Assembly (NCBI GenBank): GCA_031425655.1
Contig: JANPJS010000049.1
Location: 1-12,455 of the forward strand
Direction of reading: 5' to 3'
Length of the DNA stretch: 12,455 nucleotides
Source: Abditibacteriaceae bacterium
Lineage (GTDB): Bacteria > Armatimonadota > Abditibacteriia > Abditibacteriales > Abditibacteriaceae
This document shows, piece by piece, positions 7,498-12,455 of this stretch. Made by a program: the position numbers and the translations under genes. The notes below the pieces were generated by a model. The model was not told where the DNA came from and ran no database searches. It saw only the letters and a list, made by a program, of their open reading frames with translations. Numbering within the stretch: the first letter of the stretch is position 1; each line of letters begins with the position of its first letter.

Positions 7498-8631
7498 ATG
7501 AAATTGCGAGGAAAAGAAGAACCGAAAGTTAAATTAAGTCAGCCTCTGCCAATTCGGAAAAAGTGGGAAGAGTGGAAAAGTAAAAAGAGCGCGCCCGAAG
7601 CCAACTCTCTGCCCGCAGTTAGCGCGGCGATTCTTTCTTACGCCGCGCCGCTTGGAGCAGCATTAACAAAAGTTTATTTGCCGGAATTGGCGGAGCCGCA
7701 GGCGTTGCTACTTTTTGCTACGCCCTTCGCGGTTTATCTGGAAAAAACTTGGAGCAAGCGGCGTGAAACTGAAGCGAAAGACCGCGAAAGCGAAGCGAAA
7801 AAGCGACGCATTCAACAGGATGATTTCTGGAACGAATACATCGCTCATATTTCAGATGTGGTGGCAAACCGCGTAGGAGAAGATTTTAAAAACTACCTCG
7901 ACACAGTAGGAGAAGCTGTGGCCTTACGCGGCTCTGCCAGTTCTTATACACGCGAAGAAGCCCGGAAAGCACAGAAATTGACGCTGCGAAATATTTGCGC
8001 GGCTGTTGCGATTTATTACAAAGAAGGCGATGACGAGCGCAAACAAAAATTTAACGCCAGTCTGATGCTCCCCGAAGACTATGAGTTATGGCTCACGGCG
8101 CCCGGCGGAAAATTCAAAGAAGCGGTGCGCTTTTTCGATCCCCGGCGCGATGTGGATGCCTGCACCAAAATGTTGCACTTGACGTGCTGGGCACGCGAAC
8201 CACAAGGCTGGAAACCCTTTGTTTTGGCGGTTGACGGCGACGCCGATTACGTGTTGCCCGGCGCGCCGCGTGCCTACGCCACGCGCAAACTGCAAGTCGT
8301 CGCCGACACCAAAGCTGTAGATGTAATGGAAAAAGAGATGATCGAACACGCCAAAATCGCTAAAAGACAGCTTCGCAATTATTTCGAGGAGAACGAAGAC
8401 AGATTTCGCAGTTTCTTTTCCGTGCCTCTGATTCTCAATGAGCGCATCGTAGGAATTCTCAACGTGCAGTCGAAAGAAACTCACATTTTAGGCGCCAACA
8501 ACGAACACCAAAAAGATTTGGAATTGTCTTTGCTCCCATTTTGCGCTTTATTGGTGTCGCTGATTACCCGCGAAGAAAGCGTCCAATCGCAAGATGAAGA
8601 AAGCGTCCAATCGCAAAACACCGATGGATAA
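7498..8631 (+). CDS. Hypothetical protein with hydrophobic N-terminal segments, a charged helical linker and a C-terminal GAF-like domain
   Basis: 377-aa ORF starting 5 nt after the mod stop. Hydrophobic stretches AVSAAILSYAAPLGAALTKVYL and ALLLFATPFAVYL. GAPRAYATRKLQVVADT...FRSFFSVPLILNERIVGILNVQS matches the GAF-fold pattern. Confidence 0.7.
   Translation: MKLRGKEEPKVKLSQPLPIRKKWEEWKSKKSAPEANSLPAVSAAILSYAAPLGAALTKVYLPELAEPQALLLFATPFAVYLEKTWSKRRETEAKDRESEAKKRRIQQDDFWNEYIAHISDVVANRVGEDFKNYLDTVGEAVALRGSASSYTREEARKAQKLTLRNICAAVAIYYKEGDDERKQKFNASLMLPEDYELWLTAPGGKFKEAVRFFDPRRDVDACTKMLHLTCWAREPQGWKPFVLAVDGDADYVLPGAPRAYATRKLQVVADTKAVDVMEKEMIEHAKIAKRQLRNYFEENEDRFRSFFSVPLILNERIVGILNVQSKETHILGANNEHQKDLELSLLPFCALLVSLITREESVQSQDEESVQSQNTDG
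8572..8616 (+). repeat. 21-bp direct repeat with 24-nt period, in frame
   Basis: GAAGAAAGCGTCCAATCGCAA at 8572-8592 and 8596-8616, encoding EESVQSQ-D-EESVQSQ. Confidence 0.9.
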
Positions 8632-8650
8632 ACCTTTGCATCTTGCACGC

Positions 8651-8679
8651 TTGCCAAAGCGTCAGGCTTGGCAGATAAT
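8651..8679 (+). promoter_or_regulatory. Internal sigma70-like promoter for the small ORF
   Basis: TTGCCA (8651-8656), 17-nt spacer, GATAAT (8674-8679). Overlaps an imperfect inverted repeat TGCCAA...TTGGCA. Confidence 0.5.
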
Positions 8680-8700
8680 TTAAGCAACGAACGGAGGGCT

Positions 8701-8886
8701 ATGCAGTTCAAAACCAACCAAGACGCCCAAATCAAGGACGCACAAACCAAAGGAAAACCGAGCGTCAGCGAAGGACGCCAAAAACCCGATGCGGAAGCGA
8801 CCGAGCGTTTGCAGCGCTACATCGAATCTTCCGAACGGTTTCAACGAAGTGTTCACAACGGAGAAACCAAAACCAAACGCCCCTAA
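8701..8886 (+). CDS. Small hydrophilic hypothetical protein (61 aa)
   Basis: GGAGG at 8693-8697 just before ATG 8701 (short spacing). Fills the intergenic gap co-directionally and is flanked by a promoter-like sequence and a terminator. Confidence 0.6.
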   Translation: MQFKTNQDAQIKDAQTKGKPSVSEGRQKPDAEATERLQRYIESSERFQRSVHNGETKTKRP

Positions 8887-8918
8887 ACCAGCGGCCACGA
8901 CTTGCTAAATCACCGAAA

Positions 8919-8955
8919 ATAAAAGCGCAGCACGAATTTCGTGCTGCGCTTTTAT
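8919..8955. terminator. Intrinsic terminator-like hairpin directly upstream of res
   Basis: ATAAAAGCGCAGCACGAA-T-TTCGTGCTGCGCTTTTAT, 18-bp arms with A/T tails. Ends 14 nt before the res ATG. Confidence 0.8.
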
Positions 8956-8969
8956 AGTTTCCTTTTCTT

Positions 8970-11900
8970 ATGCTCAACATTCCCATTCTCAACCAAAGCG
9001 GCCTCGAACCGATTTTTCTGCCCTGGCAGGAACCCGACAAGCATCGTCGTCCGAATCCGACTTCGGGCGGCGCGGCGATCATTGAAATGGGGCGGCGCAC
9101 TTCCAAAGCCCTTCTGGTGCCGCGCATTCGCTACGCAGTGGACGATTGGCGGCGCGGCGATTATGCCGGTGTCAGCGACACCACGCGCACGCTTCTCGAT
9201 CACTGGTTTCGCGGTGAGCATCCAAACGGCTTTCGCTATCACTTTTGCCAGCGCGAAGCGATTGAAACTTTCATCTGGCTTTACGAAGTAGCGCAATACC
9301 GCGATTTAAGCTCGATTTATTCCTCGCTGTGGGGCGAAGACGCCGACCCGTTATACGAAAAGCAAATTACAGCCGCCGATGATGCGTGGCCGCGCGGCGT
9401 GGCGAAAATCGCAACCGGCGGCGGCAAAACCAAAGTGATGAGTTTGGTAATGGTGTGGAGCTATTTTCACAAACGCTTCGAGCCAAATTCCGAAATGGCG
9501 ACGCATTTTGTCGCCATCGCGCCGAATCTAATCGTTTTCGAGCGCCTCAAAGACGATTTTTTAGCCAAAGACGGACGCCCTTCGATTTTTCACAGCGACC
9601 CGCTTTTGCCGCCCGAATGGGCCGGCGATTGGGACGTGCCGGTGGTTTTGCAGGACGATCCCGGTGGCGCCAGCGGAGCGGGCGCGCTTTATCTCACCAA
9701 CATTCACAGACTTTACGAACGAAAAAAGAAAGAAAAAGAAGAATCAAGCGAAAATATCACCGGCCCGGCCGTCAAAAAAGCCAAAGCGCTTTCGACGGGC
9801 GAACAATTGCGGGCGCGCATCGCATCGCACCCAAATTTTCTGGTTCTCAACGACGAAGCGCATCATTTGCACGACCCCGAATCGGCGTGGAACGAAGCCA
9901 TCGTTTCGCTTGATGCCGATTCCAAAGTGCGCGGCAATAATGGCCTCGCGGCGCAGTTCGACTTCACGGCCACGCCGAAATATCCCGACGGCACGCTGTT
10001 CAAGCACATCGTCTGCGATTTTCCCCTCGGCGAAGCGGTAGATTCCGGCATCGTCAAAGCGCCGGTTTTGGGCCGCTCGGACGCACTAAAAACTACCAAA
10101 CTCGATAACGCCGCGCAAAAGTTTCGCGCGCATTTGATGCTGGGATATAAGCAATACGAATGGTCGGTCGAAGAATGGAAAGACAGCAATTTTAAGCCGA
10201 TTTTGTTCGTGATGACCGAAAGCACGCAAGCCGCCGACGAAGTGACGGAAGCTCTTAATAGTGACGATTATCCACTGCTCAAGGGCAGCGTCATCAACCT
10301 GCACACCAAACTCAAGGGCAAAATCGTCAAGGGCGAATTCGTCGTCAACGAAAAGCAAATGTCCGATGACGATTTAAAAGCCGTGCGCGAACTGGCGTCA
10401 GATTTAGATAAGCCCGATTCGCCGTATCGCTGCGTGGTTTCGGTCTTGATGCTGCGCGAAGGCTGGGATGTAAAAAGCGTGACCACGATTGTGCCTCTGC
10501 GCGCTTTCACCGGCCAATCGAACATTTTGGCCGAGCAAACTCTGGGGCGCGGCTTGCGGCGCATGGCGCCTATCGGAATGGGCGGCGCGCCGGAGCGCGT
10601 TACCGTAGTTGAGCATTCGTCGTTTGTCAAACTTTACGAGCAGGAATTGGCGCTTGAAGGCGTGATTGTGCAGATCAGCGACGCCGAAAAGAAAGCCAAA
10701 CCGCCTTCGGCCTCAATTTTCGTTGACCCGCACAAAAACGCCGCCGATTTAGATATTTCCTATCCGCGCATTTCCGATGGCGTGCAAACCATTCCTACGG
10801 TTGAAAACCTCACGTTAGACGAAGTGCGCGCTTATTTTCAAGCGCGTTATGCGCCTTTGCCAATCGGCAGCGCCTCCAAAAAACCGATTGATTTTGAATT
10901 GCGCGCCTTGTTCACCGATGAAGTGGTCGCCTCGTGGAAAATTGATCGCGGTTTGCTGCGCATGGGTTTTACCGCCGTCAGCGTCTTTGTTAAAGAACTG
11001 GAAAAAGCCTGCGGCCTGACCGGAAACCACACCAAATTAGCGCCTTTAGTGCAACAATTCATCGAGCAGGTGCTGTTTGAGCATCCGGTGAATTTATACG
11101 GCGGCGAAGTAGATCATCGCATGAGCAACACCGACGTGGCCGAGCACATTCGTGCCGCGTTCACGCAACTCATCCGCGAGCGCACTATCACCGAAATCCG
11201 GCGTGAACGCGGCGAAGACGTGCTGAGCATTTCCGATTGGAAGCCGTTTCAAGCCGCCAATCTGCCGCCGAAAAAATTGTGCGTGACGGCGACCAAAACG
11301 CTGTTCAACTTGGTGCCGTGCGATTTGGACTTGGAAAAGCAGTTCACGCAGTTTTGCGACGGCGCCGAAGATGTCATCGCGTTCGCCAAAAACGCCGGGC
11401 CGCAAAAAATCGCCATTGATTACAAAGCCGCCAATGGCCGTCCGGCGCTTTACGTCCCCGATTTTTTAGTGCGCGACGACGCGGGCAAGCATTATTTAGC
11501 CGAAACCAAAGGCCAGCAGGATGCCAATGTTCCGCTGAAAGCGAGTGCCGCCGTCGCGTGGTGCAAAGCCGCCTCGAAGCGCGGCCAAAAATGGGATTAT
11601 CTTTTCGTGCCCCAAGCGGTTTTTGAGGAAAGCGCCGACGAAAACATGGCGGAATTAGCCCGCGCCTGCATTCCTTCGCTGAAACACGTTCTCGACAAGC
11701 TCAAAACCGAGCAAATGGAATTGCCGCTCGAAGCAACGCCCGAAGAAATTAAAGAAGAGCGACTGGAAAAGGCGTTGGAAAGCGCGGGTGGGGCCGATTT
11801 GCCCGAAGACGTGCGCCTTTACGTGACGCAAGCCGTGAACCAACTCGCCTACGACCGCAAAAAGAATTATCCGCAGTTCGGCGGCGCCTTTCAGCCGCTG

Positions 11901-12368
11901 CTTTATCCGCTGGAAGCTTTGTGCGGCGAAATTCTACATCGCACTTTAGCAGCGCGCGTGCCCTCGCATCGCGGCGATGCCGATTATTATTTCCAGCCGG
12001 ATTTGAGCGATTTATCCATCCCGCAGGAAAGCGTTTTCGCCAAAAACGGGCGTTATTTACGCAAGAATCTGGTTTACGGTCAAAACAACAATCGCATCGG
12101 CGTTTTGCTGTTTTGCCTGGAACACGCCGTTAAAGGCAAGCCTGAACTTGGCGGCATCTGGCAGGACGTGCGCGAGGTTTTTGGCACCGATGAGTTTCGC
12201 GCGCTTTATCCGCTGCTCAATTCGATGAACACATTTCGCAACCGCCATGTAGCGCACGTTGATGACCCGCTCAACGACGGCGAAGCAGCGGACGCGGCCA
12301 TGAACCAGTGGATTAATGGCTTGGCGGAATTGTGCCGTTTAGCGAGTGCTTGCAGCAGTCGTGCTTAA
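8970..12368 (+). CDS. res: Type III restriction enzyme Res subunit (SF2 helicase-like ATPase plus PD-(D/E)xK nuclease) with an additional C-terminal HEPN-like domain
   Basis: CQREAIET, Walker A IATGGGKT, Walker B NDEAHH, FTATP, MLREGWDV, EQTLGRGLR and nuclease YVPDFLV...LAETKG. About 220 extra C-terminal residues contain FRNRHVAH. Confidence 0.92.
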   Translation: MLNIPILNQSGLEPIFLPWQEPDKHRRPNPTSGGAAIIEMGRRTSKALLVPRIRYAVDDWRRGDYAGVSDTTRTLLDHWFRGEHPNGFRYHFCQREAIETFIWLYEVAQYRDLSSIYSSLWGEDADPLYEKQITAADDAWPRGVAKIATGGGKTKVMSLVMVWSYFHKRFEPNSEMATHFVAIAPNLIVFERLKDDFLAKDGRPSIFHSDPLLPPEWAGDWDVPVVLQDDPGGASGAGALYLTNIHRLYERKKKEKEESSENITGPAVKKAKALSTGEQLRARIASHPNFLVLNDEAHHLHDPESAWNEAIVSLDADSKVRGNNGLAAQFDFTATPKYPDGTLFKHIVCDFPLGEAVDSGIVKAPVLGRSDALKTTKLDNAAQKFRAHLMLGYKQYEWSVEEWKDSNFKPILFVMTESTQAADEVTEALNSDDYPLLKGSVINLHTKLKGKIVKGEFVVNEKQMSDDDLKAVRELASDLDKPDSPYRCVVSVLMLREGWDVKSVTTIVPLRAFTGQSNILAEQTLGRGLRRMAPIGMGGAPERVTVVEHSSFVKLYEQELALEGVIVQISDAEKKAKPPSASIFVDPHKNAADLDISYPRISDGVQTIPTVENLTLDEVRAYFQARYAPLPIGSASKKPIDFELRALFTDEVVASWKIDRGLLRMGFTAVSVFVKELEKACGLTGNHTKLAPLVQQFIEQVLFEHPVNLYGGEVDHRMSNTDVAEHIRAAFTQLIRERTITEIRRERGEDVLSISDWKPFQAANLPPKKLCVTATKTLFNLVPCDLDLEKQFTQFCDGAEDVIAFAKNAGPQKIAIDYKAANGRPALYVPDFLVRDDAGKHYLAETKGQQDANVPLKASAAVAWCKAASKRGQKWDYLFVPQAVFEESADENMAELARACIPSLKHVLDKLKTEQMELPLEATPEEIKEERLEKALESAGGADLPEDVRLYVTQAVNQLAYDRKKNYPQFGGAFQPLLYPLEALCGEILHRTLAARVPSHRGDADYYFQPDLSDLSIPQESVFAKNGRYLRKNLVYGQNNNRIGVLLFCLEHAVKGKPELGGIWQDVREVFGTDEFRALYPLLNSMNTFRNRHVAHVDDPLNDGEAADAAMNQWINGLAELCRLASACSSRA

Positions 12369-12455
12369 ATCCAGATGCCCGGCGGGGCAATCTGCGCCGT
12401 CACGCCGCCTTCTGAAAGCTGAAAGTGAAATTGGTCATGGGAAGTTTTAAATGGA
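12365..12455 (-). CDS. Possible 3' end of a convergent gene (partial)
   Basis: A minus-strand frame is open from the window edge (PFKTSHDQFHFQLSEGGVTAQIAPPGIWI*), and its TAA overlaps the res TAA in TTAA. Too short to verify. Confidence 0.3.
   Translation of the reverse strand, partial: PFKTSHDQFHFQLSEGGVTAQIAPPGIWI

Noticed and set aside
9718..9745. A-rich tract in res as a slippage or frameshift site
   Set aside because: It encodes an in-frame RKKKEKEE linker, and the ORF is uninterrupted.
12371..12395. Terminator after res (CAGATGCCC...GGGCAATCTG)
   Set aside because: Short bulged stem without a U-tract, and it may lie inside a convergent coding region.

Overview
GC-rich bacterial chromosomal window in two parts. 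The left part (1-5330) is housekeeping/metabolic: nuoA-nuoB on the minus strand with a Rex-like operator over the promoter, a divergent exported beta-barrel-like protein behind a long structured leader, a KduD/gluconate-5-dehydrogenase-like SDR, ThuA, and a prokaryotic ionotropic-glutamate-receptor-like channel with a non-K+ pore loop. A perfect 50-bp inverted-repeat element (5367-5524) marks the transition to a defence locus. That locus is a Type III restriction-modification system (mod 5615-7492, res 8970-12368) interrupted by two cargo genes: a hydrophobic-N-terminus/GAF-like protein and a 61-aa ORF with its own promoter, RBS and terminator. Res carries an extra C-terminal helical domain with a HEPN-like RNxxxAH motif. 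This expanded Type III RM locus is the best candidate for an uncharacterised system. All family calls come from motifs recognised by eye, not from database searches.
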